NCBI GenBank assembly: GCA_964035545.1
Contig: OZ037767.1
Span: forward strand, 124,001-188,000
Source of the DNA: Bugula neritina
Lineage: Eukaryota > Animalia > Bryozoa
Reading direction: 5' to 3'
Length of the DNA stretch: 64,000 bases
The notes beneath the pieces were generated by a model. The model was given only the letters and a program-made list of their open reading frames with translations, had not been told where the DNA came from and searched no databases. The first letter of the stretch is position 1, and every line of letters starts with the position of its first letter. A program made the position numbers and the translations under genes. Shown piece after piece: positions 1-12,700 of this stretch.

Positions 1-80
1 ATGGTACTAGCTGCTGTGACCTCAAAGGTCAGATGGTACTAGCTGCTGTGACCTCAAAGGTCAGATGGTACTAGCTGCTG
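1..80. repeat. 32-bp minisatellite (AGATGGTACTAGCTGCTGTGACCTCAAAGGTC), cut by the window edge
   Basis: Same unit as the array at 53161-53690. Confidence 0.9.
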
Positions 81-2253
81 CTACTCTCGTAAACTTCTAA
101 GTCAAGGTTGCTCTGCTTCGCCGTCAACCGGCTGAGCAACTAAAAGCCAAAGTTTCTTTTAGCGTCAAAGAAATTCTTATCAATTGTATTTACATGTTCA
201 CATTGTTGAGCTAATGTAGCTAGCTAGATGACATAATCTGGAGTAATGTGCCCCTGTATTTACATGTTCACATTGTTGAGCTAGCTAGATGACATAATCT
301 GGAGTAATGTGCCCCTGTATTTACATGTTCACATTGTTGAGCTAGCTAGATGACATAATCTGGAGTTATGTGCTCCTGTATACTTACTCAGAGCAGATGA
401 TAGTCTGGTTACTCGGCGCTCCAACTCTATAAGAGAAACAGACATCCTCATATATTAAAAGCCTGTAAAAATCTTATACGCAAAGTTGTAAGTAAAATAT
501 CTAATTGTTATCTCAACATGCACTGCATAGATTAGAAATTATAAAATTAGCCAAAATATTCCAACATAATTGTTTACAACTGGCCTCTACAGATTTGAGT
601 CTTAAGATACCAAGGCTTTTATGGTATGGAGGTTTTTTGGAGAAATGTTGTTTTTTACACAACATTAAACAATAACTTTGTTACGCAACTTAAAAATGCA
701 ATTGTCTTAAATTCTAGAGACATTGAAGTTCTGGTAGCTATTAAATTGCTTGTTGCTAATTCATACCATTTATTTTTCCGTTTAACTCATGCATTTTTCT
801 GTAAACTTTATCCCATTCTCTGAGAGGTTCACCAGGTAATTCACTGCTAGAGAGTCCATCGTGTAACTCATCATGAATCTTATTCACTAAAATATTATAA
901 TTGGCTTGAATCTATTTGTAATTCTGCATACTTAAAAAATATACTGAATAGTTTTTTCACAAGAAATCCTTTTTTTATCATAATCTTGGCTCAAGCAAAA
1001 ATATTTTCAGTCTATGACAATATAATACTCATTATTAAGGCATCACTTAATGCATTTTCGGTTCAGTTCAGTTTCAGTTCTATAAATTACCCAAACAATT
1101 GTATACTAGTTATTATTCTAGCAGTTTTCTTCCACTCAGCACTTTGTATATTATAACTAATACTACTCTAAAATTTATCACAGTAAATGAGTAAACGATA
1201 TAGTCCCATGAAGACAATAGTAGATTTAAGCATATAGCAACAATACTGTTATAATGAGGTTTTTAACTAGCTGACTAAATAGGTAGGCTATGAAAAGAGT
1301 TTTCAACTGAGCCAAATTTTGTTTTAGATGACTTGAAGTAGGAAATTTTAATTAGTCCAGTGGTGAAAAATAGTTGAGTTTAAAATGCTGAGCAGCTATA
1401 GAGTTGCCGGTGAAGAAAGTTGAGTCAGGGGCATAATCTTTGTTATTCAAAGACAAAAGTAAACATTTTAAGGATGATGCCAAAGATAAAAGATTTAAGC
1501 TCAATAGCAAAAATGCCTGACATGCTTTTTTAGAAAATCTAGGGATTTAAGCTACTGCATCTAATAAGGTGTTATTTTGATACATTTCATGTTTATGGCA
1601 GATTCCTTGGCCAAACCTTGTGAAGGTACTACAGATAGTTTACGTATGTGACAGCATTCAAAATGGCTTCCTATGCTGCTGAGAGTTGATTAGATGGTTT
1701 CAAAGAGATATGAAGTCGTATCAGTAATGTTTAATAAAATGTATAACACTAAATGTCTTAGTTTTATGTTCTATGGATAGTCTAAAGGTTAAGTGGTGTT
1801 GTAACGTCTGCCCCAGTTTATTTATAATAGGTTGCACTGCTGGATTTATGCTGATGTTTATTGAAACTAACTGGTAACCAACGTGAAACTACAATAATAC
1901 AATAATACGATTTGATAAGAAAAGACATTATTGAAAGAAAAATGAAACATACAAAAATTACAAAATTGTTGCAAAACAATGTTTGACATACCTCTATTAC
2001 CCTTCCTGGGGAGAGTTAGAATTAAATATATAAAATTGTGGTAGTGAAAGTTTAATCAAAAATCAAGAATGACTAGTTAGAACTACAACAGTCAGTGGAG
2101 AAAAGCATCAGACTCTGGAATGAAGGCATAAAACACCTCAGCTATTATAATTTCTGGCTACAAGCTATAAAAAGCTGACAGCTATTCTGGTAGCAAAAAT
2201 CATTGCATTGTAATAGTGAAAACAAAGCTATTCGTGGTTTAAAAAAAGCTGTG

Positions 2254-2408
2254 GCTAAGTGAGAAGCTAAGTGAGTAGCTAAGTGAGTAGCTAAGTGAGT
2301 AGCTAAGTGAGTAGCTAAGTGAGTAGCTAAGTGAGTAGCTAAGTGAGTAGCTAAGTGAGTAGCTAAGTGAGTAGCTAAGTGAGTAGCTAAGTGAGTAGCT
2401 AAGTGAGT
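2254..2408. repeat. 12-bp tandem repeat (GCTAAGTGAGTA)n
   Basis: Direct reading. Confidence 0.95.
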
Positions 2409-3041
2409 ATAAGGGTGAATGGTGATGAATTGTCCTGTGCCACTGTATGTAGTAGTGCGTAATATAATAAAAAATGATCAAAACGCTACAGGTGTAATGA
2501 TAAAGTCTATCAATATTGCTTATCTGTGTAAGGGAATATATATTATTATACACAATACTGGATATACTCCCCTTTGTTTACTTTGAAGAGTTTCCTAGTA
2601 CCAGAGCAAAGTTTCGCCAAGGTCTCTTTTCATTTTGTGGCAAATATAATTCGGGCAAATCAAATTGGAAATCTTGAAATAAGCTTAGCAAACCTTTGGA
2701 TTAATTTTTGAAAAATAGGAATAAGTCAGAGTATAACAGAGAATAATGAAAGATTTTCAATCTGCTCATGCATGTACGATCTTTAAATTGAGAAAACCAA
2801 AATCTTAATCAAAGAGAGGGGGGGTCTATGAGAAGGAGAAATGATGCAGAAGTGTATCATATGCAACAATTTTACAACTGAATAACTCTCAATCATCATA
2901 ACAGAGCATAAGAGATGCCATGACTAATTGTCACTCATACTTACCTTCCACAGGTTGGTGTTTGAATTCAAGTCTTAAGTTGGGTCTAAAATTGAACAGA
3001 ACTACTTGTGTGTAGTTTTAGGTGAGCTCTGTGTGGTAACT

Positions 3042-3630
3042 ATATGCTGGGATATTATTATATGCTGGGATATTATTATATGCTGGGATATTATTATATG
3101 CTGGGATATTATTATATGCTGGGATATTATTATATGCTGGGATATTATTGTATGCTGGGATATTATTATATGCTGGGATATTATTGTATGCTGGGATATT
3201 ATTGTATGCTGGGATATTATTATATGCTGGGATATAATTATATGCTGGGATATTATTATATGTTGGGATATTATTGTATGCTGGGATATTATTATATGCT
3301 GGGATATTATTATATGCTGGGATATTATTATATGCTGGGATATTATTATATGCTGGGATATTATTATATGCTGGGATATTATTATATGCTGGGATATTAT
3401 TGTATGCTGGGATATTATTATATGCTGGGATATTATTATATGCTGGGATATTATTATATGCTGGGATATTATTATATGCTGAGATATTATTGTATGCTGG
3501 GATATTATTATATGCTGGGATATTATTATATGTTGGGATATTATTATATGCTGGGATATTATTATATGCTGGGATATTATTATATGCTGAGATATTATTG
3601 TATGCTGAGATATTATTGTATGCTGGGATA
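3042..3630. repeat. 15-bp minisatellite (ATATGCTGGGATATT)n
   Basis: Direct reading; source of the MLGYYY/YAGILL pseudo-ORFs. Confidence 0.95.
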
Positions 3631-4277
3631 TAACTATATATGTATATGCATAATGCATATACATATACATAATATATGCATAATGCATATATTATGTATA
3701 TGTATCTAATATTATGTATATGTATATAATAATATGTATAATATGTATATAATATTATGTATATATATATATATAATATTATGTATATATTTATATAATA
3801 TTATGTATATGTATATAATATTATGTTTTTTATACATTCACTACAAACAGGAAGTGCCAGAGAACCTACTTCCTGTCTACATACAAGTCTGTTAATTTAG
3901 AACTAAAGCTTTCAAATGCAGAATATCTCAAAAGTTAGAAATATGTGATTAGAGACTTATTGCACTGTTTGCTTAGTTACAGGAAGTGTAGAATCATCTC
4001 CTCTTACAGTACAGAGTCATGTTGCAAATGATATTTCTATTTAACTGCATAGTCTGCATAATCTAACACGAGTACTAAAAGCAAGTTGGCCTTCTTTGAC
4101 ATGAATTACATTCATATTGAGCCACGGAACTGGAAGAATTCTAAATAGAGAGAAAATTGTCAACAGAGAGTTTCTGTTAAATAATAACTGCAGTTTAATT
4201 TCCTGTTAAACTGTTGTTTGCAAGGCAGCCCCTATACTTTCTGAATCATATTAATATGCAAAAGTTTATAATGAAGT

Positions 4278-4510
4278 CATAGCAACTACATAGCAACTGC
4301 ATAACAACTACATAGCAACTGCACGGCAACTACATAGCAACTGCATAGCAACTACATAGCAACTGCATAGCAACTGCACGGCAACTACATAGCAACTGCA
4401 TAGCAACTACATAGCAACTGCATAGCAATTACATAGCAACTGCATAGCAATTACATAGCAACTACATAGCAACCACGAAACAACTACATAGCAACCGCAT
4501 AGCAACCACA
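4278..4510. repeat. 10-bp tandem repeat (CATAGCAACT-like)
   Basis: Direct reading. Confidence 0.9.
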
Positions 4511-6159
4511 CCTGTACATGATTTGCTGATTAGCTGGAGTCTTCAAGTCTGGGTAGTGCAAGTATCTTCTAAGATGTCTTCCATCGGATATGTAGTTTTG
4601 TGAAGGAATAATAATAAAAGATGATAACTCCTTAAACCTGCAAAATAATATTATGTTTTGTTAAAATGTAAATCTTCATTTTTGGAGATGACAGTTGTTT
4701 CAATAACATTCTTAGTATTGTATTTTATTGATTGCAATCTAATTAGAATAGAATATGGTTAGCTAGTGTGAAAGTGAAGGACCATTATTATTACAGGAAT
4801 ATTACATAAAAGCTAGCTATCAGTTATTGTAGTAATGAGCCAATTAAAGCAACGTTACATCTCTGCTACATTTTACTTTAATTTGGTTAGCGCCGTGTGT
4901 TCTAGTTTGCTATAATGTATAAGATGGTAAACACCTTCCTTTACCTCCCTGGGTGAGTCCAGCTGCTCATGAATCTTCTTTGTGGAGAGACTTCCTCTGC
5001 ACTCCGACTGCCACAAACAATAAGTTAATGTGAATAAATAATACATAGCACTTAGTATACACTGGGCTAGTAACACAGTTATTCTGTCAGCCAAATAGAA
5101 TATTATATTTCACACAATAGGTTGAAGTATACAGGCCCTCCTACGTCAGCGTTTATTACCACATAATAAGATAGTGATGAAAGACACCACCACTTTTGTA
5201 CTTAGACCTGGCGGTACAGTAGGCGAGTGCTCAGTTTCATTATGACAAGCTGATACGTGGTACAGGTTCATATATTCACTATATGGTATTTCCTTGTCAT
5301 ATGTAGCTTGTAGTTATACAAGCTTGTGGTTATACATTGTGTGAATGGCGGAACAGCTTTTAACACATTATCATGAATTATTATCCAACTTGAAAAGTAC
5401 TTGAAGTTTTAAACTATACCTACTTATTCAGCACACTAATAGTGTTACTTTGTTACTATGTTACTATATTACTATATTACTATATTACCATATTACTATA
5501 TTACTATGTTAGTACGTTATATTGTAAACTCACAATCTCTTAGCATACTCTTCCAACACAAAGCCATTACTCCCCCATTCATTACTAGCACAGCCACTCC
5601 TTCTGTACTCTCCCGTACGAATCTCTTCTTTCTCAAATATGGCTGCAGCTGATCCATCATTTGGTACCCCTGTGCCATTTCTTTGCTCTTCAAGTTTTCA
5701 ACATCATATATTGCAATTGTTACAATTGTTATATAATATCATATATTATAATTGTTACAATTGTTATATAATATCATATTATATTATAATTGTTACAATG
5801 GTTATATAATATCATATATTAATATAGTTATTAAAAACTTATACCAAATTTACTGTCTCAAGTGACAAGTCTTCTTTTGTTATGTCTGAGAAATACTAGA
5901 CTCATTGTTGTTTAATATTCCCCCCTCTTTGTGAGAACCCCAGCCTCCACCCCTGTGAGAACCCCCAATTGCTCTGCTGGAGCTCAAACCTAGCAATACT
6001 ATATATATAGTATAGCACTATTATAAATGTTTTAAATAGAATATGTATACTACTATATTACCACATAGATATAGATGAATATTACTATATGTAGTATAAT
6101 ACTATTATATAATATAACACTACTATATACAGTACAGATATGATGTTATATATAATAGA

Positions 6160-7210
6160 AGATATATTACTATATAGAAAGAAGATATATTACTATATAG
6201 AAAGAAGATATATTACTATATAGAAAGAAGATATATTACTATATAGAAAGAAGATATATTACTATATAGAAAGAAGATATATTACTATATAGAAAGAAGA
6301 TATATTACTATATTATATAAAGAAGATATATTACTATATAGAAAGAAGATATATTACTATATATAAAGAAGATATATTACTATATAGAAAGAAGATATAT
6401 TACTATATAGAAAGAAGATATATTACTATATAGAAAGAAGATATATTACTATATTATAGAAAGAAGATATATTACTATATATACAACTCTCACTCTACCT
6501 AGTATATCTGTATATACAGCTCTCACTCTACCTAGTATATCTGTATATACAGCTCTCACTCTATCTAGTATATCTGTATATACAGCTCTCACTATATCTA
6601 GTATATCTGTATATACAGCTATCTCTATATCTATAGTATATCTGTATATACAGCTCTCACTCTATCTATAGTATATCTGTATATACAGCTCTCACTCTAC
6701 CTAGTATATATGTATATACAGCTCTCACTATATCTAGTATATCTGTATATACAGCTCTCACTATATCTAGTATATCTGTATATACAGCTCTCACTCTATC
6801 TAGTATATCTGTATATACAGCCCTCACTCTACCTAGTATATCTGTATATACAACTCTCACTATATCTAGTATATCTGTATATACAGCTCTCACTATACCT
6901 AGTATATCTGTATATACAGCTCTCACTCTATCTAGTATATCTGTATATACAGCTCTCACTATATCTAGTATATCTGTATATACAGCCCTCACTATATCTA
7001 GTATATCTGTATATACAGCTCTCACTATATCTAGTATATCTGTATATACAACTCTCACTATATCTAGTATATCTATATATACAGCTCTCACTATACCTAG
7101 TATATCTGTATATACAGCTCTCACTATATCTAGTATATCTGTATATACAACTCTCACTATATCTAGTATATCTGTATATACAGCTCTCACTATATCTAGT
7201 ATATCTGTAT
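6160..7210. repeat. Two abutting minisatellites: 23-bp unit (to ~6480) then 33-bp unit
   Basis: AGAAAGAAGATATATTACTATAT, then CTCTCACTATATCTAGTATATCTGTATATACAG. Confidence 0.9.
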
Positions 7211-7262
7211 ATTATTCAGCCCACAGTACATTCTGTATAAACTATTCTCTCTCCTATTCCAG

Positions 7263-7820
7263 AGTAAATGGCTATTCCCATGGTAGCGCTAGCACATATG
7301 GCTTGACTGCAGCTCTAATAAACAGTTCCTTGAGTTTGGGGGGTATGATAGGGCCCACTGTATCCGGTACACTTATTGACTTATTTGGCTTCCCGTGGAC
7401 TACAACTATATGCTCAGCTCTTTCACTGGCTATGGCAAGTATTTTAACTATATTCTACTACCTAGTGGTCTGTCCACACTACAGCTAATGGTCTGTCCAC
7501 ACTACAGCTAGTGCAGTCTGTCCACACTACAGCTAGTGGTCTGTTCACACTACAGCTAATGGTTTGTTCACACTGCACCTATAGTACTCTGTAGTGCTAA
7601 TTGTTGTTCTGTTTGATTTTAGGTTCTGGTTCTATCAAGTTTCCTTGTGATCACAAAAACTACAAACACACCTCTTAGTTTAGTAGATGAGAGCGTGGGA
7701 GGCCCACCATCTACGACCTCAACTTCTTTCATAAATAGACTCAGTCTATACTTTAGAAAGTCAACTAAAGGTTATTTCAAAGTCGCTCCTGTTCAACCCA
7801 GCCAATCGCTTGTTAACTAG
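7263..7820 (+). CDS. Last two exons (7263-7434, 7623-7820) of an MFS transporter paralogue; upstream exons not found in the window
   Basis: VNGYSHGSASTYGLTAALINSSLSLGGMIGPTVSGTLIDLFGFPWTT and VLVLSSFLVITKTTNTPL...VQPSQSLVN* align with exons 10-11 of the 9734-34168 gene; same 172-nt exon size; GC-AG intron (ATG|gcaagt). Confidence 0.8.
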
Positions 7821-8399
7821 AGTATTTAATATATTAAATTATATAGTATAGTATATTATATAGTACATAACATAGTATGTTTAGTATATAATATAGAGTA
7901 CAGTATGATGTAGTATGTAGCATAGTATATAGTATATATAGTTTAGTACACAATTTGATATATCGTATATATTATATAGTTTAGTACACAATTTGATATA
8001 TCGTATATATTATATAGTTTAGTACACAATTTGATATATCGTATATATTATATAGTTTAGTACACAATTTGATATATCGTATATATTATATAGTTTAGTA
8101 CACAATTTGAAATATCGTATATATTATATAGTTTAGTACACAATTTTATATATCGTATATATTATATAGTTTAGTACACAATTTGATATATCGTATATAG
8201 TAATAACAATGCAGCATATGTCTGGTTTTTATCAAAATGTACTCAATTATTTTTTTACTCTTTCTTACAATTAATTTTATTCCTAGTTGAAATATATGAA
8301 GTTGTCTGCACATGAATTTATATGCTGATGTTTGCAAGATAGCTCTGCCTAGTATCACTAATTGAATGATATCAGATATGTACATACAGACATAATATA

Positions 8400-9178
8400 T
8401 TATACTGTAATACTACACTACATTATATACTATACTACATTATATACTATACTATACTATATACTATACTATACTACACTATACACTACACTATACTATA
8501 CTATACTATATACTATACTACATTATATACTACACTATACTATATACTATACTATACTATACACTATATACTATACTATACTATACACTACACTATACTA
8601 TACTATACTATATACTGTAATATATACTATACTATACACTACACTATACTATACTATATTATATACTATACTATACTATATACTATACTACATTATATAC
8701 TATACTACATCATATACTATACTATATACTGTAATATATACTATACTATATACTATACTATACTATATTATACTATACTATACTATATACTAAACTACAC
8801 TACACTATACACTACACTATACTATATTATACTATATTATACTATACTATACTACACTATACTATAACTATACTATACAATATTATATACTATACTATAC
8901 TACACTACACTATACTATACTGCACTACACTATACTATACTGCACTGCACTGCACTGCACTGCACTGCACTGCACTGCACTGCACTGCACTGCACTGCAC
9001 TGCACTGCACTGCACTGCACTGCACTGCACTGCACTGCACTGCACTGCACTGCACTGCACTGCACTGCACTGCACTGCACTGCACTGCACTGCACTGCAC
9101 TGCACTGCACTGCACTGCACTGCACTGCACTGCACTGCACTACACTACATTGCACTACACTACATTGCACTACACTAC
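8400..9178. repeat. Pentanucleotide microsatellite (TATAC)n grading into (TGCAC)n
   Basis: Direct reading. Confidence 0.95.
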
Positions 9179-9733
9179 TTCACACAGTTCAGTGTTGGTA
9201 TATGAGTCACTTCTAGGTGGAAGTACAACTGAAAGTGCTACAATTTCATTTGCAAATAGAAGAGAATAAGTAACTAACAGCTGTAAATGACTTGAACTAT
9301 GACCTCAGTTCATACAACTCTGATTGGTTGATGACTGCTGGAGGCTAGCAAACCAATTATTACATAATGTTATAGCCAGATTTCTCTAGAAGTAAATGAG
9401 TTTAGTTTGAAGGCCATGAAGGATTCAGTGAAGGAACGGAGGTTAAACTGAGTCATGGGTTTACATTGTTGTACTCTACCCATGCGTGAGATAGTTTAGT
9501 CATGCGTAGTTAATCTGTGTCTAATTATGACACAAATTAGTAAGGCAGGGCCGGCCAAGACACCCAACACAAGGCTAAGATACTGAGTTTGGAACTATGG
9601 TTTATGTTGATGGTAAGGCAGGTCCTTGCTTCTAAATAACTAATAGTGTGTGTGTAGACTCGGTGAAAGTCAAACCTTCAGCTTCAGCTCTCGCAGCCAA
9701 GCATCTGCTTCTTAGAGCTCAGAGGTTAGAATA

Positions 9734-12700
9734 ATGGAGTCTAAAACCCCCTTACTGCAGTCACAAGAATACGGGACAGACTCTAACACCCCCCTACTAC
9801 AGTCACAAGAATACGGGACAGACTCTAACACCCCCCTACTACAGTCACAAGAATACGGGACAGACTCTAACACCCCCTTATTGCAGTCACAAGAATACGG
9901 GACAGACTCTAACACCCCCTTATTGCAGTCACAAGAATACGGGACAGATTCTAACACCCCCCTACTACAGTCACAAGAATACGGGGCAGACTCTAACACC
10001 CCCCTACTCCAGTCACAAGAAGCTGTAGAAGGACAGTCCAATGAACCCACAGAGTCTCTATCTAAAAGAAAAGAGGTGTTTCTCTTTACAGTCATCTTAG
10101 GATCTCAGTTTATGTCCTCTACTATTGACACCTTCTTATTTCCCTTTTTCTCCAAAGAAGCGACGAGAAAGGGGCTGAATCAGTCAGAAGTTGGTCTCGT
10201 GTTTTCATCTTTTGAAGTTTCCAGATTTCTGTGTTCTTTGTTGGTTGGAAAGTTGGTGAGTGGTTTAAGGACAGTTCATAAAGAATCTATAAACAGTCTA
10301 TAGATAGACTATAAACAGTCTATAATTAGTCTATAATTATAGATGGTCTGTAAACAATATTATAGTACACTGTATTTATATACTATAGTACTATACTGTA
10401 TACACTATATACACCATACTACTATACTAGTATAGTAGTATAATAGTATAGTATATATATATAGTATAGTATAGTAGTATATAGTATATATACTATACTA
10501 CTATACTATACTACTATACTATACTATATATATACTATACTATTATACTATACTGTATATATACTATATACTATACTGTATATATACTATACTACTATAC
10601 TACTATACTACACTGTATATATACTATACTACTATACTATACTGTATATATACTATACTATTATACTACACTGTATATATCCTATACTATACTATACTGT
10701 ATATATACTATATACTATTATACTACACTGTATATACACCATACTACTATACTATACTGTATATATACTATACTATTATACTACACTGTATATACACCAT
10801 ACTACTATACTATACTATATATATACTACACTATTCACTCTAGATTGCAGCACTTCCCTTAAGAATCTGGTGCCTCATAGGTTCAGCAGTGACTGCCATA
10901 TCCTGTGTATCATTTGGGTAGGTGAAGGTCATTTGGGTAGGTGAAGGCCATTTGGGTAGGTGAAGGTCATTTGGGTAAGTGAAGGTCATTTGGGTAAGTA
11001 AAGGTCATTTGGGTAGGTAAAGGTCACTTGGGTAGGTGAAGGTCATTTGGGTAGGTGAAGGTCATTTGGGTAGGTGTACATCATATTATATTTGTTGTAT
11101 TCAACAGTTACAGTTAACATCTTCCAAGCAATCCTAATCAAGTTTTTTTTAATAATAAACAATAGCATATAATTAGTAATTTGACTGTGTGCTTATGAAA
11201 AGAAATGCACTTAATAAATCTGGATATTTACCGTCCGTAGCCATCTTAGCAGTTCTGATAGGCCAATGTACTTTTCTCAAAGGTTATTTAGTAGTAATAC
11301 ACAAATCTTATGTCTGCATGACTCCATAGCAACCTGTAAACAATACTCCATAGCAACCTGTCTACAGCAAACATTTCTGATGCCCAGTTGGTATTAGAAG
11401 TTGTGCTCCCTGTAATGTTACATCATTTAACTTAATTGTTAAAAGCAGCTCGGCATAGAACTTACAGTTTGTCACATTAAGTAACGCTGCTAGATACATA
11501 TCAAGTGTTATCTGTTTATAAAATCCATCAACATTTGATACATACTTTAATTCATCAAGTTATCCATCTGTTATATTTCTTCAGTTTAGCTTCATACGGT
11601 CCTAATGCCATGTTCCTACCAATGTGTATGACACTAAGAATGACAGCTGGCGCAGGTTCTTCTGCACTCACTGTGGCAGGTACTACCATGTTGTTGAAAG
11701 TGTCATCATTCAAAGTTGGCACTGTTACTGTGAGTATATAGTACCATTACTATGAGTATATATATAGTACTGTTACTGTGAGTATATAGTACTGTTACTA
11801 TGAGTATATAGTACTGTTACTGTGAGTATATAGTACCGTTACTATGAGTATATAGTACTGTTACCATGTGTATATAGTACTATTACTATGAGTATATAGT
11901 ACTATTACTATGAGTATATAGTACTGTTACTATGAGTATATAGTACTATTACTATGAGTATATAGTACTGTTACTATGAGTATATAGTACTGTTACTATG
12001 AGTATATAGTACTGTTACTGTGAGTATATAGTACTGTTACTATGTGTATATAGTACTGTCACTATGAGTATGTAGTACTATTACTATGAGTATATAGTAC
12101 TATTACTATGAGTATATAGTACTATTATTGTGAGTATATAGTACTGTTACTATGAGTATATAGTACTGTTACTATGAGTATATAGTACTGTTACTATGTA
12201 TATATAGTACTGTTACTATGAGTATTCAATACTGTTTCCAGGGCTTAGCTGAAATGATAATTGGAGCATCTTATGCTTCTGGTCCAATGATAGGCTCCGC
12301 CATATACATGGTGAGTTGCATTCTGGGTAATATATAATACTGTTTCAGCTAGGAGGATATACTAGTGTATTCTGGGTAATATATAATACTGTTTCAGTTA
12401 GGAGGATATACTAGTGTATTCTGGGTAATATATAATACTGTTTCAGTTAGGAGGATATACTAGTGTATTATGGGTAATATATAATAGTGTTTCAGTTAGG
12501 AGGATATACTAGTGTATTCTGGGTAATATATAATACTGGTTCAGTTAGGAGGATATACTAGTGTATTCTGGGTAATATATAATACTGTTTCAGTTAGGAG
12601 GATATGCTAGTGTATTCTGGGTAATATATAGTACTGTTTCAGTTAGGAGGATATACTAGTGTATTCTGGGTAATATATAATACTGTTTCAGTTAGGAGGA

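Larger units (their letters stand above)
1..6480. repeat. Segmental duplication copy A (direct-orientation partner at ~53161-61388)
   Basis: 1-493 matches ~53610-53973 and ~2826-6480 matches ~55425-61388 almost base for base, apart from satellite copy number. Confidence 0.9.

Noticed and set aside
6666-9170. RAVYTDILD, YYTIL and QCSAV repeat ORFs
   Set aside because: Satellite translations with no splice or homology support
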